NCBI GenBank assembly: GCA_038321985.1
Contig: JBBQFN010000005.1
Location: 32,001-96,000 of the forward strand
Length of the DNA: 64,000 bases
From: Cyanophyceae cyanobacterium
GTDB lineage: Bacteria > Cyanobacteriota > Cyanobacteriia > Cyanobacteriales > Laspinemataceae
Direction of reading: 5' to 3'
Below the pieces are notes generated by a model. The model saw nothing but the letters and a program-made list of their open reading frames with translations. It did no database searches and was not told the DNA's origin. Position numbers and translations under genes: made by a program. Positions 29,549-39,858 of this stretch are shown here, piece after piece. How positions within the stretch are numbered: the stretch's first letter is position 1; every line of letters begins with the position of its first letter.

Positions 29549-30006
29549 TAATCTTTTCCTCGGGTTCCTTTCCTGGGGGCGGTCTCTATCAACTTTCCAG
29601 GATACCTGCTATTGTAGCCAACTGCTTTTACTCTCAAGTTGAGGGTGGCAGTCTTTATAAAAACTTATTTCTCTCGAACCTGGGAGGGTTTTTATATCTT
29701 TACTATCCGTGAGTTTAAAACTTTCAGACCCATGCACAGATTTTGTGTTCTATTTAGCGGTGTTTAGAGACCAAAAAGGGATAGAGTAAAGAGGCTAAAT
29801 TTGAGCGGCTTTTTTGAAATCTTCTAATCCACCTCTTGGTCTTCCAAAATTCCAGCGTGAACCCCCCAATCCCCCGTGAGTTCCCCGGACAGTCGCCCTT
29901 TAAAAAGGGGAAGCCAGAGGAATAAATGTTGGCTTCAGGGGGGGCTTTTTAGAATTCTGCAATTCTTCTATTCTTCTTTTCCATTCACTCTCTTACTCCA
30001 CCATCA

Positions 30007-31527
30007 GTGTTAACAAATATGTCATCTGGTCCAACCCTATTAATCCAGCTATCACAGTTGAGTGATGAAACTTTAAAACGCAACTATCTAAACTGTGTGC
30101 AATGGACAGATTCGATTGTGAATGTGTTAGCACAGGTGGCCGATGGCGCGGAAGCAATTCGGGTAGTGAAACTAGGCTTTGAAATTGATTTAAAACTGGG
30201 TACAAAGCTGGCTGGATCGGTTCAGCCCCGGTTTCAGGAGGAAGGGTTAGAATTACTGGATCGTCAGGTATTGCCACCCAAGCTAAAGATTAGACTGTTG
30301 GGAATCAGTGCTTCTAATTCGGCGATTCCTTATTTAGAACAATTTTTAAATGACGAGGATTATCGGATTCGAGAAAATGCGCTGGAAGCGTTAGGGACGG
30401 TCGGTTCTTTACCTGTGGTATTTCCTCTGATTCGAGGGTTAAATGATAAAATGCCCAGCATTCGCCAAAAATCCGCAGAAATCCTGGGAAAATTAGGGTA
30501 TAATACAAGTATTGATGCCCTAATTTTAGCGTTAGAAGACTCGGATCGCATGGTGCCGTTAAGTGTTGCCGAAGCTCTGGGAAAAATTGCTACGCCGGTT
30601 ACTATTAGCGCGCTCAAAAGAGTATTTTACAAGCAAGACTATTCACCGAAGTGGTGGAGTGTGGCGATCGCTTTGGGGAAATTAGGCGATCGCCAAGCCG
30701 TGGATACCATTTTAGGGGCTTTAAATCATTCTGCCACAAATACCCGCATCAGTGCCGCAGATGCATTAGGAGAAATTGGGAATGAAGAAACGATTGATGC
30801 ATTGCTGAACGCTTTAGGAGATAAACATGAATTTGTCCGCACTCGCGCTGCCTATGGGTTAGCTAAAATTGCCAGGGATGAAGTAGTTGAACAAGTGATT
30901 TTAGCATTAAATCATAAACGAGATTTAGTCCGGGAAAGTGCGGCGATCGCCCTGGGGGAAATTGGCACGGCTGCTGCGGAAAATGCCCTCACTGCGGCAT
31001 TGAATGACTCGAATGAATTAGTACAACGGCGCGCCCAACAAGGATTAGATCGTATTCGGCCTGAAATGATTTCTCCCGCCTGTATGGATGAAAACGATTC
31101 AGCACTCCAGCGATCGCCCTCAGTAGATGAACTTCTCCAAAATCTGGGAGAAAGTTCAAGTTTTATCCGCCAAAAAGCAGCTCAAATATTAGGGCAAATA
31201 GGGTCAGATACAGCGGTGGAGTCTTTGCTAAATGTGGCTTTAACCGACAACACTTATTCCGTGCGAAAAACAGCTATAGAAGCATTAGGAAATTTGGGAA
31301 CTTCTCTAGCCGTGGAGGGATTACTTTTTATTTTGAATCAAGGCAACGGGTTAGTGCGTCAGCAGGTAGCGGAAGTTTTCACCCAAGTAGGCCCTGGACA
31401 AATTTTGCCCCTATTGTGGGAGGATTTATTCAGGAATGGAGATTTGTATTTACTCGATGCGATCGCGTCGATTCAAGAACGCTTTAAATATTACAATCCC
31501 TCCTATTGTGACAGCTATTTAACTTAG
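30007..31527 (+). CDS. HEAT/PBS-lyase-type repeat protein
   Basis: Repeated L..AL.D....VR..AA.ALG.IG units; start GTG 30007 or ATG 30019. Confidence 0.88.
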   Translation: MLTNMSSGPTLLIQLSQLSDETLKRNYLNCVQWTDSIVNVLAQVADGAEAIRVVKLGFEIDLKLGTKLAGSVQPRFQEEGLELLDRQVLPPKLKIRLLGISASNSAIPYLEQFLNDEDYRIRENALEALGTVGSLPVVFPLIRGLNDKMPSIRQKSAEILGKLGYNTSIDALILALEDSDRMVPLSVAEALGKIATPVTISALKRVFYKQDYSPKWWSVAIALGKLGDRQAVDTILGALNHSATNTRISAADALGEIGNEETIDALLNALGDKHEFVRTRAAYGLAKIARDEVVEQVILALNHKRDLVRESAAIALGEIGTAAAENALTAALNDSNELVQRRAQQGLDRIRPEMISPACMDENDSALQRSPSVDELLQNLGESSSFIRQKAAQILGQIGSDTAVESLLNVALTDNTYSVRKTAIEALGNLGTSLAVEGLLFILNQGNGLVRQQVAEVFTQVGPGQILPLLWEDLFRNGDLYLLDAIASIQERFKYYNPSYCDSYLT

Positions 31528-31617
31528 AAAAAGTCTATTTTTTATCCTTGAAAATTTGGGCGCACCAAGGTGCGCCCTTACCGAACAAGCACTCAAGATG
31601 AGGACGGGCAGAATGGC

Positions 31618-32226
31618 TTATAGCCCAGTATAGTTGCGCAGAGCAGTGTGGGTTTTTAATCCAACAACGCCATCGGCTTCTAAACCATAGTCTTTTTGGA
31701 ACTGTTTGATGGCGGCTTCAGTTTCTTCGTTAAAAACCCCATCCATTTTTTGATAATTGAAGTATTTTAATGAGCTTAACTGCCGTTGAACTCTCAAAAC
31801 TGTTCCCCCGGTAGTTCCGAGTTTTACTGTAGGCTGAGTCGTCGGTTCTGGAGTATCGGGATACTCTTTTGCCAAGACAGCTTTTGTTTCGGGACCGACT
31901 ATTCCATCTGGGGTTAATCCGTTTTCTCTTTGAAAATTCATGACGGCGTGTTTGGTAAATTCGCCGTAGTAACCCGATTTTTCAGAGGTAAAATAGCCGA
32001 GTTCCTGCAACCGATATTGCAGTTGAGTAATCTCGGAACCCGCATCTCCAGGACGAATCAGTGCAAATGCGGGAGAACCGATCGCTAAGAAGGAGGTGAA
32101 AGCGCCCAGGGCGATCGCTCCTATCCTTGTTCCCCAGCCTTTTTTAGGCCAGTTTACCTGTACTGAGGGGATTTCTAAGGCTTCATTGTAGGCTTCGGCA
32201 AGATGGATGAATGCAAGAGACTCCAT
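31618..32226 (-). CDS. Peptidoglycan-binding domain protein (two PG_binding_1 domains)
   Basis: MESLAFIHLA leader, TM/signal, FQRENGLTPDGIVGPET and FQKDYGLEADGVVG. Confidence 0.9.
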   Translation of the reverse strand: MESLAFIHLAEAYNEALEIPSVQVNWPKKGWGTRIGAIALGAFTSFLAIGSPAFALIRPGDAGSEITQLQYRLQELGYFTSEKSGYYGEFTKHAVMNFQRENGLTPDGIVGPETKAVLAKEYPDTPEPTTQPTVKLGTTGGTVLRVQRQLSSLKYFNYQKMDGVFNEETEAAIKQFQKDYGLEADGVVGLKTHTALRNYTGL

Positions 32227-33039
32227 TGCGTTAACTCCTCGGGTAGATTTACCAAGATTCTAATCGCGATCGGGCTATTTTGGATCCCCTATTTTAAAAA
32301 TTTTTCTTAAGAAAGTTAAGGAGATGGAGAGAAGCAGGACCGTTGCAGAGTTCGGACAGACGCGAAATTTTGCCTCTCTCCAGTCGTCTTCCCCTGTTCG
32401 TAATAACGACTTTAGTGGTTTCATAAGTTCGTCATCACTCATCTGTACCCCTCTTCCCCCTCTCCTTAACTCCAATAAGAGTGCAAATACGCCGGTAAAA
32501 GTTTCTTGATTTGCTGAGTTACTAACGGTTGAAATTTGCCATCTCGTGTTAGAGAGAGTCTCCGCAGATTCCGCAGGGCTTCTACGACAACCAGGGCTAC
32601 CAGTTCGCTAATTGGGGAGCCTTTAATCGATAAAATTCAGCTAATTTACCGGGGAATTGAGAATACAAATCCGCATCCCTAAGATACTCACCGCACTGTC
32701 ACCGTCTTAGCAAAGACGGAAAACCGCACCGTAGGTGAGATTTTAGGAGATTTACAGCCTAAAATTCAGGAGATGCGCCGTCCGTGGCCGCAGAGGTATA
32801 ATTATAAATTTGCGGGAGAAGCGCAGACTCAAATTCGGCAGTGATTGGGATTATTTCCAGTGATCCAGTAGGGTTTCCTGTCTGCACCGCAAGGCGATCG
32901 CCTTGCTGGTGGTTCCGGCTTTATATTTATTGCTCACTCCAAAACCCTCCGTAGCCGTAGAACATTTGAAATAAATGTCCAAAAATGAGACCTACTCTCG
33001 ATAAAATACAACAGAACCCCCGAATGTTTTAAAGGTACT

Positions 33040-33963
33040 GTGGAAGGATTTCTGAATCTCAACAAACCTGCTGGCATGACCTCTCATGACTGCGTATCCC
33101 GGATCCGAAAACTGTTACGAACCAAGCGCGTAGGACATGGTGGCACCTTAGATCCAGCAGCAACGGGAGTGTTACCGATCGCTGTCGGTAAAGCAACGCG
33201 CCTGCTGCAATACCTGCGTCAAGACAAAGCGTATCAGGCAACCGTGCGTCTAGGAATAACCACGACTACCGATGATTTAGAAGGGGAAGCAGTCGCTTCG
33301 GCACCCGTTCCGGAACTGACTTGGGAACAGGTAGAGGCGCAATTACCGCAGTTTGTCGGTAAAATTTCCCAGATTCCCCCCGCCTACAGTGCGATTCAGG
33401 TTCAGGGAAAGCGTTTGTATGACTTGGCAAGGGCGGGGGAAATTATCGAAGTACCCCCTAGAATGGTCGAAGTCTATAAAATCGAAGTGTTACAGTGGCG
33501 CGAGGGAGATTTTCCAGAAATTGACCTGGCGATCGCCTGTGGACCCGGGACCTATATCCGAGCGATCGCCCGGGACCTGGGTAGCGTTTTGGGAATCGGT
33601 GGCACCCTGGCACATCTCACCCGGACCGAAAGCTGTGGGTTACCTCTACAGGAGAGTATAACCTTTGAGGAGATAGAAACTCAGGGCACTCAGGGGACGT
33701 TTCAACTCATCCCACCCGATACGGTGTTAGCCCATTTAAGCCAGATTTCTTTAAATTCTCCCGATGCCCGTCGCTGGTGCCAAGGGCAACGAATTTCCCT
33801 CTCGGATATTAGTCAAGTTGTATCGCCCCTGCGGATTTGTGCAGAAGATGGCACATTTTTAGGGATTAGTGAGATTGAATCATCCGATAGCGAGTGGGTT
33901 TTAGTTCCGAAAATGGTGTTTGAACCGGATTTTTGGAAAGATGAAAGAACAAGTTTTTCCTAA
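33040..33963 (+). CDS. truB: tRNA pseudouridine(55) synthase
   Basis: [41 protein letters not shown]. Confidence 0.97.
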   Translation: MEGFLNLNKPAGMTSHDCVSRIRKLLRTKRVGHGGTLDPAATGVLPIAVGKATRLLQYLRQDKAYQATVRLGITTTTDDLEGEAVASAPVPELTWEQVEAQLPQFVGKISQIPPAYSAIQVQGKRLYDLARAGEIIEVPPRMVEVYKIEVLQWREGDFPEIDLAIACGPGTYIRAIARDLGSVLGIGGTLAHLTRTESCGLPLQESITFEEIETQGTQGTFQLIPPDTVLAHLSQISLNSPDARRWCQGQRISLSDISQVVSPLRICAEDGTFLGISEIESSDSEWVLVPKMVFEPDFWKDERTSFS

Positions 33964-34075
33964 CGACTTTAGGAGTTATTTGGGGATTTAGTTATTTCTC
34001 ACACTAGACACCTAGTATCCTGATTAGGCATTTCCAGGGCGGGCCTAGGAATGCCTGAAATGACAGGCAATCGTT

Positions 34076-34251
34076 ACTACAAGCCGGGGAAATAAAGGGT
34101 TTATCCCCTGTTTGTAGTAACGACTTCAGTCGTTATCCCCCTTTAGTAATCCTCATTATCCTCACTAGAAGCCGGGGAAATGAAGTGCTTATCCCATGTT
34201 TGTAGTAACAACTTCAGTCGTTATCTCCCTTTAGTAATCCTCATTATCCTC
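34076..34251. repeat. Tandem duplication of an 88-bp REP-containing unit
   Basis: 34076-34163 and 34164-34251, each with AAGCCGGGGAAAT..GTTTGTAGTAAC(G/A)ACTTCAGTCGTTAT..CTTTAGTAATCCTCATTATCCTC. Confidence 0.92.
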
Positions 34252-34258
34252 AAATTCT

Positions 34259-34711
34259 CTACCGTCTAAAATCTAAAACATTAGACCCGCGATTAGGCCG
34301 GTCCAGTCCAGCTTTGACCCATTCAATACAAGATTGTTCGGACTTAAATATTTTAGGTGCAGCGACATTTTGTAAATTATCAGGTTTATAATGATCATAA
34401 AAAAACTTGTCGGCCATTTGATAAATAATTATCAAATTTTCCTGATAAGTATAGCGATGTTTAAAAGTATCCATACATTCCTCCACATCCGAATTAATCT
34501 CCAGATGTTCTTGGGCGATCGCGATAATCCCTTCGAGGCTACTAGAATAAATTCCCGCCGGATTATGGGATTTATGCAAACTACCCCGATGTCCTAATTC
34601 CGAGAGTAATTGATAGGAATAAATTCGGTCCGTATCGACGGTGCCAAAAACATAAGGGATAATCAAATGACCGCAATCGGCGATCGAATATTCGTAAAGT
34701 AAACGAGTCAT
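34259..34711 (-). CDS. Hypothetical protein (cyanobacterial)
   Basis: 150-aa ORF with ATG and globular composition. Confidence 0.75.
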   Translation of the reverse strand: MTRLLYEYSIADCGHLIIPYVFGTVDTDRIYSYQLLSELGHRGSLHKSHNPAGIYSSSLEGIIAIAQEHLEINSDVEECMDTFKHRYTYQENLIIIYQMADKFFYDHYKPDNLQNVAAPKIFKSEQSCIEWVKAGLDRPNRGSNVLDFRR

Positions 34712-34889
34712 GGTTTTGGGGCAGTCGGGTAGGGGGCAGTTGGGTTACCTAACCCAAATTTTATCACTTAGGGGGATGGGTCAGAAAGGGAGAGGGGCAT
34801 AACGACAGCAAGTGGGGACGTGAAACTGGGACAGCAACTGTAAAGACGCAAAACAATTTTGCGTCTTTACAAATATCCTCCACACTCTG

Positions 34890-35378
34890 CTACTGGGATA
34901 GCTTAACTAAGGCATCTTTGACCGATTCAGGTAACCGGCGCATAATCCGGCCCTTTTCGATATCCACCGTAACTAGAGTAACCACTCCGGTTAGATACAA
35001 CTCCTGACCATCGAGGGACTGAATCTGATATTCCCAATTCAGGCGGACCCCATCCATTTTTAGCATTCGGGTTCTGACTAACGCCTCCATGCCCATTCGC
35101 ATCGGTTTATGGTAGCGCAATGCTAATTCGACTACGGGTAAATCGCACCCCAAGGCGACTAAATCCGCAAAATTGACTCCGATCGCCCGCAAAGATTCGA
35201 CTCGTGCCTCTTCCATCCAGGTTATGTAGGTACCATGCCAAACGATGCCAGCATAGTCGGTATGATGGGGATAGGCCCTCACGGGGTAATCAAACCAGCC
35301 CTCAGCAGATTTCTCGGCCATCGGGGCGATCGCTGGGCTAGGGGGGAGTTGGGGTTGTCTGTCTTTTTCCTCAGTCAT
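34890..35378 (-). CDS. Acyl-CoA thioesterase (YbgC/4HBT hotdog fold)
   Basis: HTDYAGIVWHGTYITWMEEAR. Confidence 0.92.
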   Translation of the reverse strand: MTEEKDRQPQLPPSPAIAPMAEKSAEGWFDYPVRAYPHHTDYAGIVWHGTYITWMEEARVESLRAIGVNFADLVALGCDLPVVELALRYHKPMRMGMEALVRTRMLKMDGVRLNWEYQIQSLDGQELYLTGVVTLVTVDIEKGRIMRRLPESVKDALVKLSQ

Positions 35379-35570
35379 GTTACAAATCGATCCAAAACTC
35401 TACATTTCTACAGATTTTCAGTAGGTAATAAGTCTTACATTAAAAGATGAAATGCCTCAAGAGAGCAATCTCTCCGGTCATTTACCTCGACCGATAGAGC
35501 TTCGTTTGAACGGAATCGATTCAAGGGTTCATCCTTACATAGTATGCTGTTGTAGCCAGGAGCTAAACTT

Positions 35571-36398
35571 ATGATCCAAAAAATATTAGTCGCAGTAGCA
35601 GGAAGAGGACTCTGCGAAGAGATGGTCAAGATGTTAATGGACATCCCATCGTTTCAATCTGCCTCGGTGACGGTCTTGCACGTCGTGGCCCCTGAAATTA
35701 CCGCTGATGCCATGGCGGATAAGTTGGCCGAGGGTGGCAAAATCCTAGCCGATGCGGTCAAATTTTTGAACATAGACCCCCGCAAAGTTAATCCTCGACT
35801 AAAACAGGGAGACCCAAAAACTATCGTCTGTGAAGTGGCAGAGGAAGAAAATGCGGACCTGATCGTGATCGGATCCCGAGCTTTAGGACGCCTGCAAGCG
35901 ATCTTAGAAGGATCGGTAAGCCAGTATGTCTTCCAACTGGCTTCTCGTCCGATGTTGCTGGTCAAGGATGATGTGTACGTCAAGAAAATCAAGCGAATTG
36001 TCGTAGCGGTGGACAAATCCGACTCCGCTAAGCAATGTCTGGATTTGGCGCTGATGATGGTCAAAGATATTGATGGCGGACAACTGGAATTAGTACACGT
36101 CTCCTCAAAACCCATAGGCAAACCGGAAGAGGACCCTATATTAGCACTAGCGGTGGCAGAGGCGAAGAAATATGGCATTTCCTATCGCTGCCACACCCCG
36201 ACGGGAAAAGCCGGTGAAGAAATTTGCCGGTTGGCGGATGAGGTGAATGCAGATCTGGTGATGTTGGGTTCCCCCGATCGCCGTCCTAACATCGCTAAAA
36301 GCTTCGTGGACCTCGATCGCCTCTTAGGGGGGTCTCTCTCCGACTATGTGCGCGTTTATGCCAACTGTCCGGTGTTATTAGGTCGGACTTCGACTTAA
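35571..36398 (+). CDS. Universal stress protein (tandem Usp domains)
   Basis: KILVAV, ADLIVIGSR..GSVS, KRIVVAVD, ANCPVLL. Confidence 0.93.
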   Translation: MIQKILVAVAGRGLCEEMVKMLMDIPSFQSASVTVLHVVAPEITADAMADKLAEGGKILADAVKFLNIDPRKVNPRLKQGDPKTIVCEVAEEENADLIVIGSRALGRLQAILEGSVSQYVFQLASRPMLLVKDDVYVKKIKRIVVAVDKSDSAKQCLDLALMMVKDIDGGQLELVHVSSKPIGKPEEDPILALAVAEAKKYGISYRCHTPTGKAGEEICRLADEVNADLVMLGSPDRRPNIAKSFVDLDRLLGGSLSDYVRVYANCPVLLGRTST

Positions 36399-36429
36399 TT
36401 CACCATTTCAAGTTCCCCTCCACCTCATA

Positions 36430-36464
36430 AAAAAGGTGCCAAACGTTGCGTTTTGGCACCTTTT
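36430..36464. terminator. Bidirectional intrinsic terminator between usp and psbM
   Basis: AAAAAAGGTGCCAAA..TTTGGCACCTTTT. Confidence 0.75.
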
Positions 36465-36583
36465 GTGATCATAACTGCGGCGGTAAGCGTACGCCATAGG
36501 GTCACTTACCGCCGAGTGTCGGAGTTAAAACCTGACCAAGCAACCGGAGATGTTCCAAGTGCCAGACAAAGCAACCCGTTGAT

Positions 36584-36694
36584 TTAGCTCTCCTTGCTTT
36601 TGCTAGCGGTTTGAATGTAGAGGATCAACAGGAACACGGCTGGGACCAGCACAAACAGAAGGCTTGCCACAAATCCTAGGTCATTAACTTGCAT
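36584..36694 (-). CDS. psbM: Photosystem II reaction center protein M (not in ORF track)
   Basis: Hand translation [36 protein letters not shown]. Confidence 0.97.
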   Translation of the reverse strand: MQVNDLGFVASLLFVLVPAVFLLILYIQTASKSKES

Positions 36695-36831
36695 AGAACC
36701 CCACTATTTTTTCAATCTTAAAATTCAATAAGATCAGAATATCATTATTGATTGATTACCGTGAGGGTGATCTCCCTAAATTCTTTGAACTCATCCGGTG
36801 GGTGACTGGACCCCGGATTTAGAGTGAGGGG

Positions 36832-37128
36832 TTAGGGCTTAGTTTTGACGCTCACTGGGCCATTCACCACGGTTTGACAAGCCAGACGATAGCTAGGGGG
36901 CTTTTTCTTGAGTTTTTGATTTTCTACAGAAGTGCGATCCGAGAGATTTTCCATGCCTTCAACGACTTCGACGATGCAGGTGCCACATTGACCGTAACCG
37001 CCACAGTTCATCAATTTTCCGACAAACTTGTAGAGTTCGATACCATTTTCTAAGGCTTTGAGCCGCAAATTGGCTCCATCTGCCGCGACCACTTCCTTGT
37101 TTTCATCCACAAATTTGATATTAGGCAC
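36832..37128 (-). CDS. 2Fe-2S ferredoxin-like protein
   Basis: [11 protein letters not shown] ... RLACQ; AGGAG RBS; upstream of psbM. Confidence 0.93.
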   Translation of the reverse strand: MPNIKFVDENKEVVAADGANLRLKALENGIELYKFVGKLMNCGGYGQCGTCIVEVVEGMENLSDRTSVENQKLKKKPPSYRLACQTVVNGPVSVKTKP

Positions 37129-37247
37129 TTCTCTTCTCCTAGTTGCGATCGAGCTATACCGATTTTGGCCGATGAGTATTCGGGGATTAGGCCGAGCAGT
37201 TGTGCTTACCCAGGGCCGATATTAGCTCCTCTCAAATTTTAGACCCA

Positions 37248-37265
37248 AATGTTAACTTCTGTAAA
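37248..37265 (-). promoter_or_regulatory. Putative HLR1 (RpaB) direct repeat upstream of ferredoxin-psbM
   Basis: Minus strand TTTACAGA-AG-TTAACATT vs (G/T)TTACA(T/A)(T/A)-N2-repeat, one mismatch per half. Confidence 0.4.
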
Positions 37266-37350
37266 GACTGACTGCATCCCCCTCACCCGGGAAGGGCAAT
37301 TCCAGAATTGCCCCTTCATTGAGCCGATAGGGGCTGCCCATTCCAGGAAC

Positions 37351-38928
37351 CTAGGGAGCAGAAACCAGCCCCTCATTAACATTTCCGATCGCCCGTTCCA
37401 TAGAAGCCAATGCCCGATTGTAGGTGACGATCGCCCGCAGGCGGTTATTGAGGGAGCGCGTTAGTTCCGTTTCCGCCGTCAGCACGTCTGTCTGAGTCCC
37501 CACCCCCGCTTGAAACCGTAACCGCGCTAACCGTAAACTTTCCCTCGCCTGATCCACCGCAATATTAGCGGTTTGGATATTCTCGAAATTCGATCGCAAG
37601 TTAAAAAAGGCTTGTTCCACCTGAAGACGGACTTGGTTGCGAAATTGCCCAAATCTTGTTTCGGCAATCTCAATATTACGCTCCTCTTGAACCGCTCTTG
37701 CTCTAGCGGCCCCCCCATCAAATAAATTCCATTGCACCCTACCCCCTAAGTTGTAACCATCGGCCAAATCCAAGTCATCGCCAAACACTTCTACAACGTT
37801 ATAGTTGGCAAACAAACTAACCTGAGGACCCAGGGCAGAAAGGGCGATCTGACGCTGATAATCCGTGAGTTCCCGCTGTAACAACAACTGCTCTAATTCG
37901 GCTCGGTTTCTCAACGCCAGCACGATGCTATCCTCTAAAGACAAATTCCAAAGCCCCGAAATTTCCACAGGCTCGGCGGCTGAAATATCCACCACTTGGG
38001 ACACGTTTAAAATCCGAGCGATTTCCCGGCGACGGATGCGCTGCTGTGCTCGGGCCTGGGTCAGGGCTTGAGCCGCATCAGCCAACTGCACCCGAGCACG
38101 GAGTACATCAAACCGAGTCCCCAATCCCGCTCGTTCCAGGGCTTCAGCGTCCCGCAAGCTCAATTCGGAACTCTGCACGGCAGATAGGCTAATTTCAATT
38201 TGGTCGTCGGCTTCTTGCAGGTTGTAATAAGCCTCCCGGACCTCTAAGCGCAAGTCGGCTAGCACCCGTTCTAGATCTAACTCACTGACGAGTACCTGGG
38301 TTTCGGCCAGCCCAATCTGACCCGATCGCCGACCAGAATTGTAAAGATCGTAGGATAGTTCCACTCCCCCATCTAAGCTGGTGTTGCCTCCCTCTGGGGG
38401 TGGGGCATTGTCTCCTAACTGCTGTCTTTGTCGCTGATTGGCTAAATCCGCACCTGTGGAATTTGATCGCGAGAGGCTCGATTGCACCCCCAAGGTCGGA
38501 TACAAGCTAGCACGGGATTCTCGTAAGGCGGCGCGATTACGTTCGACCGTAAGCAGGGCCTCTTGCAGTTGTTGACTGTTCTGTTCGGCAATTTGAAGCG
38601 CCTGTTCTAAGGTCAAGGGTTGGGTGCCAACAATCTCTACTTCATCGGGTTCTGTTGGAAACTGGAGGGGGTTGGGGTTGGGAGTCAGGTACTCGGGCAC
38701 GTCTTCTACCCGGGGAGTTGTTCCCTGGGCTTGTAAGGGTTCCATGGGCGCAGTTGGGTCCCGGGTTTCCCCCGGTTGAAGGGAGTCCCGAGGGGTTGAG
38801 GGGGTTTCAGGGGGTTGACTGGGGAGGCGATCGCCGGATGCCTCAGTCTGTCCGAAACTCGCGCCGATATCGCTTAAGGCGATTAGCGTTCCCATACCCA
38901 CTGTGATCAGATATCGAAAAGTTCCCAT
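37351..38928 (-). CDS. TolC family outer membrane protein (HgdD-like)
   Basis: LTLEQAL, two OEP repeats, GLGTRFDVL, RFQAGVGTQTDVL; ATG 38928 preferred. Confidence 0.92.
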   Translation of the reverse strand: MGTFRYLITVGMGTLIALSDIGASFGQTEASGDRLPSQPPETPSTPRDSLQPGETRDPTAPMEPLQAQGTTPRVEDVPEYLTPNPNPLQFPTEPDEVEIVGTQPLTLEQALQIAEQNSQQLQEALLTVERNRAALRESRASLYPTLGVQSSLSRSNSTGADLANQRQRQQLGDNAPPPEGGNTSLDGGVELSYDLYNSGRRSGQIGLAETQVLVSELDLERVLADLRLEVREAYYNLQEADDQIEISLSAVQSSELSLRDAEALERAGLGTRFDVLRARVQLADAAQALTQARAQQRIRRREIARILNVSQVVDISAAEPVEISGLWNLSLEDSIVLALRNRAELEQLLLQRELTDYQRQIALSALGPQVSLFANYNVVEVFGDDLDLADGYNLGGRVQWNLFDGGAARARAVQEERNIEIAETRFGQFRNQVRLQVEQAFFNLRSNFENIQTANIAVDQARESLRLARLRFQAGVGTQTDVLTAETELTRSLNNRLRAIVTYNRALASMERAIGNVNEGLVSAP

Positions 38929-39389
38929 AAGTTTTTGATTCGGCGTGCAATTTAACAATAGTGATAGATTCAGACCAACACTTTTTAAGGTATAGCAGAT
39001 TGCGATCTTTGACAGCCGATCTTATTGACATTACTAAACGGCTTGGGATGCACCGGATTGGAAGTTGCTAGCGCGATCGCCACCCTACCAAACGCCTGCT
39101 TTTTTGCAAAGATAAGCGGCTGGGCTTTCCCCTGTCTACCTATATTGCGGTGATTGACGCACAATCCGGCTCCTGAGTTGCACGTTTAATTTTAACCGAG
39201 TTTCCGGGGTGATTGGCTTCGAGTTGGCTGAATTTTTACCAGTTTTCTGATTTCTTAATGGCTGTGGGGTTCTTTCAATCGGGGACGGGTATATAATTTT
39301 GTAATTTTTATGTAAGGGTTGAGTTGACTCTATTCTCCCCTTGTTTTAGCGATTTTTCTACCGCTTTAGGGGGTGCGATCGCGCGTTTT

Positions 39390-39680
39390 TTAGGATCGCC
39401 GTTGCTGTCTCGCGCCTGTTTGAAACCACAGCATAATCCCAGTAATAGCAAGGGTGATTAATCCCAGTCCGTTTAAGAGGGGGTAAACTGGGGCTAAATT
39501 TACGGGTCCAAATATACCCTGATGTAAGTCAAGTAAGACAATAAATTCTATTCTTTTCCCGCTAACTGCTGCCATTTGATACAATATGCCGGTGATGGCG
39601 GTCACGAGTAGGGGTAAAATTGCGATCGGGGCCAGAAGTCGGTGCAGTTTCCGTAATCGGGCTTTATTGATTGTCATCAT
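39390..39680 (-). CDS. Small PepSY-TM-like membrane protein
   Basis: LRKLHR..ITG, LDLHQG, ITGIMLW pattern; ATG at 39680. Confidence 0.75.
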   Translation of the reverse strand: MMTINKARLRKLHRLLAPIAILPLLVTAITGILYQMAAVSGKRIEFIVLLDLHQGIFGPVNLAPVYPLLNGLGLITLAITGIMLWFQTGARQQRRS

Positions 39681-39708
39681 GGGAGATGGATTGATAGATA
39701 GGGTGAGG

Positions 39709-39750
39709 AACGACAGCAAGTCGTTACTACTAACTAAGAGGGAACGACTT
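39709..39750 (-). repeat. REP-like copies
   Basis: AACGACAGCAAGTCGTTACTAC followed by AAGAGGGAACGACTT. Confidence 0.8.
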
Positions 39751-39858
39751 AGAAAATATTATTGTAAAGGATTGAGGGTTGGTTTGGGGGGGATATAAGA
39801 AAGGACACGCGGTTGGCGTGTCCAAGAGAAAAAAGGCGATCGCTGGATTGATTCTATA

